Below are positions 9,602 through 17,403 of a stretch of DNA of 32,000 bases, piece by piece (position 1 is the stretch's first letter; each line of letters begins with the position of its first letter). The notes beneath the pieces were generated by a model that did not search any database, was not told the DNA's origin, and was given only the letters and a program-made list of their open reading frames with translations. This DNA comes from Nostoc sp. PCC 7120 = FACHB-418 (GTDB lineage: Bacteria; Cyanobacteriota; Cyanobacteriia; Cyanobacteriales; Nostocaceae), in assembly GCF_000009705.1 (NCBI RefSeq), contig NC_003272.1, positions 3,480,001-3,512,000 of the forward strand, given 5' to 3'. Both the position numbers and the translations under genes were made by a program.

Positions 9602-10558
9602 ATGAAAAACCTTGAAAAATGTATTCTCTGTGGTTCTCATAATATTGTCCCTCACTGGAAAAATGTTAGATCGTATAATGTTAGTAAGTGTTTAGACTGT
9701 AGCTTTTTGTTTTTACATGAAATAATCGATGATCATGAATTAGAGAATTATTATTCTCAAAGTTATTTCATGGCCTCATATGCGAAAACTGAAAATAATT
9801 TAATTGATGCTGCAAATAATCCTAAAATTACTGCCGAAGCGAAGGAATATGCAAATTTAATTAAGTTGCATCACCCGGAAGCCCACAATGTGGGTGAAAT
9901 AGGTTGTTCCTGGGGGTACTTGTTATATAACCTGCAAAATTTTGGCTATTCTGCTAAAGGGTTTGAATTAAGTAAAACAACAGCAGAGATGGGTAGTAAA
10001 CAATTAGGAATAAACATAACTTCAGGTTTTTTTGAAACACAATATAACCAATTCGATGTTTTAATTCTTAGACACGTACTAGAACATGTACCAGATCCTC
10101 AAGATTTACTAGAAAAAATTTATGATTCCATTAAGAAAGACGGACTATTCATTTTAGAAGGACCAAATCTAGACTCTATCAGTTCACGATTATTTGGTAA
10201 AAATGTTTCTTGGGTTTCTCCACCCGATCATATTAGTTTTCCTAATTTTATATCTTTGATAATGGCGTGCGAAAAATTAGGTTTTACTTGTATCCATAAA
10301 AGCAGTCGTCGTGGTAGAGGAATATCAATTTTCCACCAAGCACTTTTAAATAGTGTTGGTTTAATGTTTGGGGGAAAAGAAAAAGCAAAAGTAAACTTGG
10401 GCGGCATTAATGAAAAGCCAAATAACCAACAATTGAGTAGTTTAAAAAGTGCTGCACTCAAAATTGTTGATTTTTTAGATTTTCTTTCATCACCCATGCA
10501 ACCATTCTTAAAACAAGCATTGCTAGAAGAAGAAATGTTAATCATTTTCAAAAAATAA
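9602..10558 (+). CDS. Class I SAM-dependent methyltransferase with an N-terminal Zn-ribbon
   Basis: CILCGS...CLDCSF (a CxxC pair), SAM motif I VGEIGCSWGYLL, and ILRHVLEHVPDP. Confidence 0.8.
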   Translation: MKNLEKCILCGSHNIVPHWKNVRSYNVSKCLDCSFLFLHEIIDDHELENYYSQSYFMASYAKTENNLIDAANNPKITAEAKEYANLIKLHHPEAHNVGEIGCSWGYLLYNLQNFGYSAKGFELSKTTAEMGSKQLGINITSGFFETQYNQFDVLILRHVLEHVPDPQDLLEKIYDSIKKDGLFILEGPNLDSISSRLFGKNVSWVSPPDHISFPNFISLIMACEKLGFTCIHKSSRRGRGISIFHQALLNSVGLMFGGKEKAKVNLGGINEKPNNQQLSSLKSAALKIVDFLDFLSSPMQPFLKQALLEEEMLIIFKK

Positions 10559-10560
10559 GT

Positions 10561-11400
10561 ATGTCACATTTATGTCAAGTTTCAGCTATTATTCTGACTA
10601 AGAATGAAGTCTGCAACCTGGAACGATGTATAAATTCTTTACAGTGGTGTCAAGAAATTATTGTTGTAGACTCAGGTAGCACTGACGGAACAATACAGTT
10701 AGCAGAAGCTTTAGGAATCAAAGTTTTTACCCATATTCAACCTCCACCATTCAAAATTTCTGAACAACGCAACTGGGCTTTAGAAAACTGTCAATTAAAG
10801 AGTGAATGGGTGCTTTTTTTAGATGCTGACGAAATTATTCCACCCGATTTAGCAGCAGAAATACAACGTATCTGTTCTGCTAATAATCAAGAATATAATG
10901 CTTATGAACTGCCTGCGCGTTATCTATTTTGGGGTAAATGGCTGAAGCTTACACAAGGATATCCTAATTGGCATTCTCGGTTACTTAAACTAGGAGAAGT
11001 TACATTTACAGGTGGCGTTTGGGAACATTTTTCTGCTGGTACTAAAGTTAGCAGAATTAATATTCCTTACGATCATTATGCTAACTCTAAAGGATTTGGA
11101 GATTGGTTAGAACGGCATAATCGCTATTCTTCTTGGGATGCTCAAAAAGTTGTGGATTTTCTGGAAACAGGTAAAACATCTGCATTAGGAACTGAACGCA
11201 AACTAAAACTGAGATTATTGGCGGCTAAACTTTGGTTTATGCGTCCTATTGTCAGATTTATTCAAATGTATTTCCTAAGATTAGGTTTTTTAGAAGGAAT
11301 AACGGCTCTTATTTTCTGTCTACTTTATGCCATGTATGAATTTATGACAGTTGTCAAAATCATAGAACTAAGACGTAAAAAATCTGGATTACCTCTTTGA
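10561..11400 (+). CDS. Glycosyltransferase family 2
   Basis: VSAIILTKNEVCNLERCINSL...IIVVDSGSTDGT and LFLDADE (DxD). The start codon lies 2 nt after the upstream stop. Confidence 0.85.
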   Translation: MSHLCQVSAIILTKNEVCNLERCINSLQWCQEIIVVDSGSTDGTIQLAEALGIKVFTHIQPPPFKISEQRNWALENCQLKSEWVLFLDADEIIPPDLAAEIQRICSANNQEYNAYELPARYLFWGKWLKLTQGYPNWHSRLLKLGEVTFTGGVWEHFSAGTKVSRINIPYDHYANSKGFGDWLERHNRYSSWDAQKVVDFLETGKTSALGTERKLKLRLLAAKLWFMRPIVRFIQMYFLRLGFLEGITALIFCLLYAMYEFMTVVKIIELRRKKSGLPL

Positions 11401-11418
11401 TAACGCCAAAATAAATAC

Positions 11419-12636
11419 ATGGAAAAAATTGCAATTATTACTCAATATTTTTATCCTAGCTATGCTGCTACTGCCCAATTAATGACTGACTTAGCCACAG
11501 GACTGTCCCAAAAAGGTTATCATGTGGATATATTTACAGGTTCTCAGGCAGATCATACTAAACCTGCATTATCCAACCTACTCACAGTCCAACGTGCCTT
11601 TTCTCCCATTGCATCTAGCACTAGTATTTTAAGTAAAGGGATTAGCTCAATATTTTTCCTGTTGGGAGGATTGAAATATTTATTATTTTCTCTACCCCAT
11701 ACTACTACTTTACTCATTGCATCTAATCCACCGTATGCAGGCCTTTTAGGTACTATTTTTAAAATTATTTGCGGTGGTAAATATTATTTTTTACTCCAAG
11801 ATATATTCCCTGAATCTGCTGTAATGTCTGGCATTTTACAAAAAAATAGCTTTTCATTTATTTTTTTTAGTAAATTAAATTATTTAACTTATAAGTTTGC
11901 AGACAAAATTGTAGTACTCAGTACTTCTATGCAGTGCTTTTTAGAAAATAAATATCCTGAATTAAAACACAAAATTAAAGTAATTGAAAATTGGGCATTA
12001 GAAAATATTATTGGCTGTGATAAGCAAGAAAATGATTTTGCTAAACAGCACAATTTTGATAAAAATTTCACAGTTTTATACTCCGGTAATTTGGGGAGAT
12101 TGCATGATATAGAAACTATTACTGAAGCAGCCAAAATCCTAAAAGATAGTCCTATTCAATTTGTCTTTATTGGTGCTGGAGCGAAAACGAAATTAGTTGA
12201 GAAAGCAATTCAAACGGATGGACTAAAGAATATAATTTTATTACCTTACCAGTCTAGAGAAGTGCTACCTCTATCTCTTACAGCTTGCGACATTTCACTA
12301 GTTAGTCTAATACCTGGAGCAGAATCAATAGTTGCACCTTCTAAACTCTACGGAATGCTAGCCGCAGGTAGAGGAATTATTGCTATCTCTGCAACCAATT
12401 CATACATCGATAAGCTTTTAACAAATTCTAATTGCGGTATAAATATACCTCCCCATAATCCGCAACAACTTGCCAATTTAATCTATGAATTAGCTAATGA
12501 CAACCAAAGAGTTAAGATAATGGGTGAAAAGGCACGTAAAATTTATGAAAGTAGATACACTTTTCAGCGTGCCTTAGAGGAATATCAACAAATTTTATTT
12601 GAAGATGATGCTTACCAAGAAATAAATATGCTGTAA
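11419..12636 (+). CDS. Glycosyltransferase family 4, WcaI-like
   Basis: KIAIITQYFYPSYAATAQLMTDLATGLSQKGYHVDIFTG resembles the WcaI-type N-terminus. YSGNLGRLHDIETI and VAPSKLYGMLAAGRGIIA are also present. Confidence 0.8.
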   Translation: MEKIAIITQYFYPSYAATAQLMTDLATGLSQKGYHVDIFTGSQADHTKPALSNLLTVQRAFSPIASSTSILSKGISSIFFLLGGLKYLLFSLPHTTTLLIASNPPYAGLLGTIFKIICGGKYYFLLQDIFPESAVMSGILQKNSFSFIFFSKLNYLTYKFADKIVVLSTSMQCFLENKYPELKHKIKVIENWALENIIGCDKQENDFAKQHNFDKNFTVLYSGNLGRLHDIETITEAAKILKDSPIQFVFIGAGAKTKLVEKAIQTDGLKNIILLPYQSREVLPLSLTACDISLVSLIPGAESIVAPSKLYGMLAAGRGIIAISATNSYIDKLLTNSNCGINIPPHNPQQLANLIYELANDNQRVKIMGEKARKIYESRYTFQRALEEYQQILFEDDAYQEINML

Positions 12637-12744
12637 CCTCTGGTCAGCAAAATCTCCTGCCAAAGTCGTGAAATTAGTCACAGTATCCGTTTTACTAATT
12701 TCAGTTTACGTCTCATCTCATACTATTTGGATTTTGAAAACAAT

Positions 12745-12770
12745 AATCCTCTGGCTTTAGCCAAAGGATT
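12745..12770. terminator. Hairpin between convergent genes (11-bp stem with one mismatch, 4-nt loop); possible bidirectional terminator
   Basis: The sequence reads aatcctctggc-ttta-gccaaaggatt. On the minus strand it is followed by attgttttc. A second 9-bp-stem hairpin lies at 12670-12702 (gaaattagt/actaatttc). Confidence 0.5.
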
Positions 12771-12814
12771 GTCAATTGCACCTCTAATAACTTTAATATC
12801 ATCGCATTGAACTT

Positions 12815-13510
12815 TTAACTTTGACTCAAAGCAGCCCTTAATTGCTTGAGTAAATTACCAATTTCCCGAAAATTTGCATCTTTTGCCAGTTGTTGAAGAA
12901 CCTCTGGACTACTTTCCATCACAATTTTGTTGTAAGCATTAATAGCAGCATTCAAATTATTAATATTGAGAGTTGGGGAAGCTTCTTTTTGGGCTATTAC
13001 TGAATTGGTGATTAAACCTTTAGTGCCTACAATAAAACCCGACGCAGATGCCGATTTATTCCCAGCTAGACCCAATAAAGCACTGACCAGTGCCTGCGCT
13101 GAAGAGCCGGGAACTCCTAAACTTACTAAAGAAGACTGTAGCTGATTAGCTGCTGCGGCCGCATTTGCCCCTCCTTGCAAGATAGCTATGATATTTGCTG
13201 CTACACTATTTGCTGCTGGGGTTTGGCTTAATACATTAGCGATCGCTGCATTTAAACTACTTTGAGTTTCTGCTGATGTGCTAAGACCGCCATCACTACC
13301 AATTTCTATATTCACACCAGGGGCAAGTTCAGGAGAAGATTGAGAATCTGCTGGATTAAAACTATCACCAGATGATGAGGAAGAGTCTTCACTTCCGCCT
13401 GTGATGCCACCGCCACCAGCATATACTCTCACAGGCGCACCCGCTAAATAAGCGGAAATAATCAAAGTTAGAACGAGACTCAGAGAAAATTGTTGTTTCT
13501 TCATTGCCAT
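12815..13510 (-). CDS. Exported Ala/Ser/Gly/Asn-rich protein of unknown function
   Basis: N-terminal signal peptide MAMKKQQFSLSLVLTLIISAYLAGAPVRVYA, then GGGGITGGSEDSSSSSGD, then an Ala-rich body that looks helical. It starts 33 nt downstream of the barrel gene's stop on the same strand. Confidence 0.6.
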   Translation of the reverse strand: MAMKKQQFSLSLVLTLIISAYLAGAPVRVYAGGGGITGGSEDSSSSSGDSFNPADSQSSPELAPGVNIEIGSDGGLSTSAETQSSLNAAIANVLSQTPAANSVAANIIAILQGGANAAAAANQLQSSLVSLGVPGSSAQALVSALLGLAGNKSASASGFIVGTKGLITNSVIAQKEASPTLNINNLNAAINAYNKIVMESSPEVLQQLAKDANFREIGNLLKQLRAALSQS

Positions 13511-13543
13511 TACTTTTGAGGAAATTTCAAGATAACTCAGCAG

Positions 13544-14848
13544 TTAGAACCGAAAACTGTATCCAGCACTCAGGGAAAAACCCAGACCACTATTAAAGTT
13601 ACTAGTAACATCTGTGAAAACAGCATTGATAACTATAGGTGTCTTCTTGAAGGGGGCAAAAGAAGCACCCATATTGAGACGATTTCCCGTCCAGCTACTG
13701 ACTAAAGATACTTGAGGTATAACTCTCAAACCTAAACTAGCAAAAAGATTTGCCGGATTTTCATTGGCATCTATTGCACCTTTAGAACGGAAAGCACCAC
13801 TACCAAGGCCGACAGAAATAGTCAAAGGTAATTGATTATTTGGGTTCTTGGGTTGCAGTGGAAACGCCCTAGTAACTACACCATAGATGGTATCTTTAGA
13901 GCTACTTACATCTCCCCATTTAATAGCATTTGACCATCCTACAGCTACTGCTGTACCATCGCCCAAATACCTATGTAGCTTGAATCCCACACCACCGCTA
14001 TCACCAAAATCAAAAGTGTCGCCACCACCCACACTAGTAATATTGACGTTAACTTCCAGCCCTACAGATTTAGCAGAATCTCCTAACCCAAAACCAACAG
14101 ATAAAGAACCATCTACCCTATCTTTGTTATCTTCTAGAGGAAAAAATAAACCACCACCAATATAGGCCTGACCGAAACTTGCACCATAGGCAGAAGGAGT
14201 ACCAGCTGTTGAACCAGGAGAAGCTTTTGAAGCTTCCCTGGGTTTAACAATTGGTTCAATTAAAAGTTCTTGGCGTAACCTATTAGTATCGCCAAAAGTA
14301 TCACCCACTGTTTCTGATGAGTCTATTTGGGCAAGAATTTGAGATGGTATTTGTTGGGATACATTAACCTGTTGCTCTGTCAGTAATTCCGGCTTACTAA
14401 CTGGAGAAGTAAATCGCTCTTGGAGGGAATGCTCATTTGTGGCTAACCCATTTTGAGCTATAGGGGAAAATGTATTTTCAGCAAAAGAATTGCTAAAGTT
14501 TTCTGGTGCAACATTAGCAGTAAAACCATCATTAATTTTGATAGTTTCAGACTGAGCCATCTGGCGACTTTTTTGATGTGCTTGTAACCTTTGCTTCAGG
14601 CTAATATTGGGTTGTAAATTAACTTTAGATGCTGTAAAAAAGTCTTGCGGTTTTTGATAGTTACTCAATTGGGGCTGTTGGTCTTCAGTGGCAATATTAT
14701 CTGCCGCAACTGCCGATTTGTTAGCAATAGCCGTAAATACCAGCAGCAGAGTGATTAATCTTGTCCCCACGTTCCAGAAAGTATAGTTAGTACCAATAAA
14801 TGGAGAGCTAAAATCACCAGTATTTATATTGGTTTGTATTTTATTCAT
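13544..14848 (-). CDS. Outer-membrane beta-barrel protein of unknown function with a long Gln/Asn/Ser-rich N-terminal spacer
   Basis: Hydrophobic signal segment TRLITLLLVFTAIANKSAVA-AD. The C-terminal ~215 aa show alternating Gly/aromatic-rich strands and end in the typical beta-signal SAGYSFRF (terminal Phe). Confidence 0.65.
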   Translation of the reverse strand: MNKIQTNINTGDFSSPFIGTNYTFWNVGTRLITLLLVFTAIANKSAVAADNIATEDQQPQLSNYQKPQDFFTASKVNLQPNISLKQRLQAHQKSRQMAQSETIKINDGFTANVAPENFSNSFAENTFSPIAQNGLATNEHSLQERFTSPVSKPELLTEQQVNVSQQIPSQILAQIDSSETVGDTFGDTNRLRQELLIEPIVKPREASKASPGSTAGTPSAYGASFGQAYIGGGLFFPLEDNKDRVDGSLSVGFGLGDSAKSVGLEVNVNITSVGGGDTFDFGDSGGVGFKLHRYLGDGTAVAVGWSNAIKWGDVSSSKDTIYGVVTRAFPLQPKNPNNQLPLTISVGLGSGAFRSKGAIDANENPANLFASLGLRVIPQVSLVSSWTGNRLNMGASFAPFKKTPIVINAVFTDVTSNFNSGLGFSLSAGYSFRF

Positions 14849-15110
14849 CTAAATTTTCCTACGGTCAAAAACTTTACGCAAAGATGCCAGCAATTTATAC
14901 GTAAAATCTATTAATTGAAAATAGTGATCTTACGGAAATATAATTTATTTATATAGAGCCAAAATTTTGGCGATCGCCTGTAGTGGAACGCAGCAATTTT
15001 CGCTCTAAGGTAGTGACCTGATCTAACTCAAATTTTGCCCAAAAAGCTATCATTTCATACATCCTTTGGGCAACACACTTAGGGTTATAACACAAAAAAC
15101 AAAATTCATG

Positions 15111-15144
15111 TAAAAATCCCTAACTTTTCCAAAAAGTCAGGGAT
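15111..15144 (-). terminator. Rho-independent terminator of the ArnT-like gene
   Basis: On the minus strand it reads atccctgactttt-tgg-aaaagttagggat followed by ttttt. The stem is 13 bp with one mismatch, and it lies 24 nt after the stop at 15168. Confidence 0.75.
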
Positions 15145-15167
15145 ATGAAACTCTAAATGATTACCAA

Positions 15168-17093
15168 TTAAGAGATTTTAACTTTTTCAGTTTTCATCTT
15201 CCTGAAATTAATCCGAGTCAATTGGTAAGCACCTTGAATTTCTAAATTTTCGTAATTATCTGGAGGCAAGTCCATTTTGAAAAAGTTTTTTTTGTCAGTC
15301 ACAAGTAACAGGGAAGATGGTTTGACTGCTTGATTAGCTAAATTACGGATATATTCCACACCTTCTTCTGTTGTCCGGACAAAATTTATCTGTTTGTGAC
15401 TATAAAAAACTACACTTGGCTTTTTGAAACCAACCATGATTATTTCTTCTTTTGGTTGTTGGACTTGAGCTACAACAGCAGATAAGTCTCTTAATGGTAG
15501 TTGACGCTCTTGATCCATCAAAAACAAAGCTGGCATGGTGACAAGTAGCAAAAAAGCCACGAATCCCAGCAGATTAACGCCGATAATAGAATGCCAATAG
15601 CGACGTAATATTAAAGCAGCAACAAAAATTGCCCCCACAAGCCAAAGCCAGCCGCCGATCGCCGGCAACCCAGAATCCTGTAAATTTTGGCGGAAGTTGG
15701 GGGCTGCATCATCATTACCCAACAGATGGTATATGTGAAATGAGGCTACCGCCACTATGGTTAAAAATATGACATTTACCCAGCCACTGGCTAGTAAAAG
15801 AGAAGACGGATAAGTAATCTCTATCTTGTTTGTTTGTTCACCACTGGGGAAGAAATCACCCCACAACAATGCTACTAAAATAGCGGCCGCCGGCATTAAA
15901 GGTAAGACGTAGCTTGGTAGTTTGGTCACAGCGATTGTAAAGAAACTAAAGACGCTCAGAAACCAAATACAGGCAAATAAACCCAATTGCTGAGAACGTT
16001 CTTGATTTTGCCAGTGCGATCGCTGCCATAACTTCACTCTGAAAATTGCTAAAGGTAAGTAGACCGAATATGGAGCGAAAAATAGTGTGACTATCACAAA
16101 GTAAAAATACCAAGGAGCCGAGTGACCATTAACTACTTCCGTAAAACGCTCCACATTGTGATATCCAAAAAAAGAGTTGATATAACTCTCACCATTACGC
16201 CAAATCACCAAGGCATACCAGGGAACAGATAAACCTAAGATAATAACTGCCCCTAAAATGACCCGCATTTCCCGCAGCACTGTCCGCAACTGCCCCACAT
16301 ATAGCAAAAATGCCAAGACAGTGATCCCCGGTAAAACAATACCCACCGGGCCTTTAGTCAAAATTGCCCCAGCAGTTAGCACATAACAAGCCAAATACCA
16401 CTTGTTAGGCAATAGCGATCGCTTATTTCTCCTGCCTTTTGGGTTCGGCAGTCCCCCATCTCCTTCTCCTGTCGGAGACGCTGCGCGAACGACGGGAACC
16501 ACCTCATCTCCCGTCCCCATTTGTGCGTATCCGAGAAAAAAGCATAACAAAGCTGAGGCGATACACCCAGTCAAGAGCATATCTGAGACACCAGTTCTTC
16601 CCCAGACAATCATTTGGGCATTAAGTGCCATGACACCTGCGGCTACACCAGCTGTTAAGTAGCGGCGAGCTGGCAATGTCACTTGTTCTAACTCATCTTT
16701 TTTCGTTAGAGACCAATGGACGGTATAAAAAGCTAAGGATACTGCTCCCATTGCTGCTAACGCGGAGGGAAGACGCACCGCCCACTCATTCACACCAAAC
16801 ACCGCATAGGCGATCGCTTGACACCAATAAACTAAAGCAGGTTTGTCAAAACGAGTTTGACCATTGAAAAACGGCGTGATCCAATCACCCGTAACTAACA
16901 TTTGCCGTGAAGCTTCAGCAAATAATGGCTCTGTTTCGTCAACCAAGCCAACACTGCCTAAGTTCCATCCATAGCCTATCCAACCAATTAGAATCAACCA
17001 TAGAATTGAGGCAGTCACAGCAAGGGCTGGACGCTTTACTAGATTATTGAAGCACCGCTCGACAGCGCCAAGAACGCTCAATTTTAACCTCAT
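15168..17093 (-). CDS. ArnT/PMT-like polytopic glycosyltransferase (GT39/GT83 type, lipid-linked sugar donor)
   Basis: 641 aa with many TM segments. The catalytic-loop signature VDETEPLFAEASRQMLVTGDWITPFFNGQTRFDKPALVYW is present. Confidence 0.85.
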   Translation of the reverse strand: MRLKLSVLGAVERCFNNLVKRPALAVTASILWLILIGWIGYGWNLGSVGLVDETEPLFAEASRQMLVTGDWITPFFNGQTRFDKPALVYWCQAIAYAVFGVNEWAVRLPSALAAMGAVSLAFYTVHWSLTKKDELEQVTLPARRYLTAGVAAGVMALNAQMIVWGRTGVSDMLLTGCIASALLCFFLGYAQMGTGDEVVPVVRAASPTGEGDGGLPNPKGRRNKRSLLPNKWYLACYVLTAGAILTKGPVGIVLPGITVLAFLLYVGQLRTVLREMRVILGAVIILGLSVPWYALVIWRNGESYINSFFGYHNVERFTEVVNGHSAPWYFYFVIVTLFFAPYSVYLPLAIFRVKLWQRSHWQNQERSQQLGLFACIWFLSVFSFFTIAVTKLPSYVLPLMPAAAILVALLWGDFFPSGEQTNKIEITYPSSLLLASGWVNVIFLTIVAVASFHIYHLLGNDDAAPNFRQNLQDSGLPAIGGWLWLVGAIFVAALILRRYWHSIIGVNLLGFVAFLLLVTMPALFLMDQERQLPLRDLSAVVAQVQQPKEEIIMVGFKKPSVVFYSHKQINFVRTTEEGVEYIRNLANQAVKPSSLLLVTDKKNFFKMDLPPDNYENLEIQGAYQLTRINFRKMKTEKVKIS

Positions 17094-17094
17094 C

Positions 17095-17134
17095 AGTCAA
17101 TAGTCATTAGTCAATGGTCAATAGTTAATAGTCG
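17095..17134. repeat. STRR-like tandem heptamer array (AGTCAAT consensus, about 5.5 copies)
   Basis: The copies read agtcaat agtcatt agtcaat ggtcaat agttaat agtc. The array starts 2 nt from the ATG (17091-17093, minus strand) of the ArnT-like gene. Confidence 0.9.
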
Positions 17135-17151
17135 CTTTTTGGCTGTAAACT

Positions 17152-17288
17152 AACGCGATGTGCAACTTATTTTTGAAACCCCTCTCCAAACCTCTCCCCG
17201 AAGCGGAGAGAGGCTTTGAATCTTGCTCCCCTTCCCTTGCAGGGAAGGGGTTGGGGGTTAGGTTTGAGAGAAAGTTGCACACGGCGTT
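17152..17288. mobile_element. 137-bp MITE-like element with imperfect 17-bp terminal inverted repeats, flanked by a 5-bp direct repeat
   Basis: The left TIR aacgcgatgtgcaactt matches the reverse complement of the right TIR aacgccgtgtgcaactt at 15 of 17 positions. AAACT lies at 17147-17151 and again at 17289-17293. Internal hairpins are cctctc...gagagg and ccccttccct-tgc-agggaagggg (perfect 10-bp stem, 17228-17250). The core resembles widespread Nostoc intergenic repeats. Confidence 0.75.
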
Positions 17289-17362
17289 AAACTATTAACT
17301 TTTTATATCTTGCATTGATCATAAGTCGTTCAGTGGCTCTGTTTTGTTCTTGAGTATTCCTA

Positions 17363-17395
17363 AATTTTGAATTTTGAATTTTGAATTTTGAATTG
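17363..17395. repeat. Tandem heptamer AATTTTG, 4.7 copies
   Basis: The copies read aattttg aattttg aattttg aattttg aattg, just 3' of the lipoprotein gene's stop. Confidence 0.9.
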
Positions 17396-17403
17396 ATTCA
17401 TAA

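Noticed and set aside
8017-12134. Antisense ORFs inside the glycosyltransferase and methyltransferase genes (8017-8358, 8566-8757, 10228-10551, 11889-12134; also 1383-1574 in wzx)
   Set aside because: All are fully embedded opposite well-supported CDSs. They have low-complexity translations and no motifs.
13887-16867. Plus-strand ORFs 13887-14165, 16402-16662, 16439-16624 and 16676-16867
   Set aside because: They are antisense to the barrel and ArnT-like genes. Their Pro/Ser/Thr-rich translations are typical of mirror frames.
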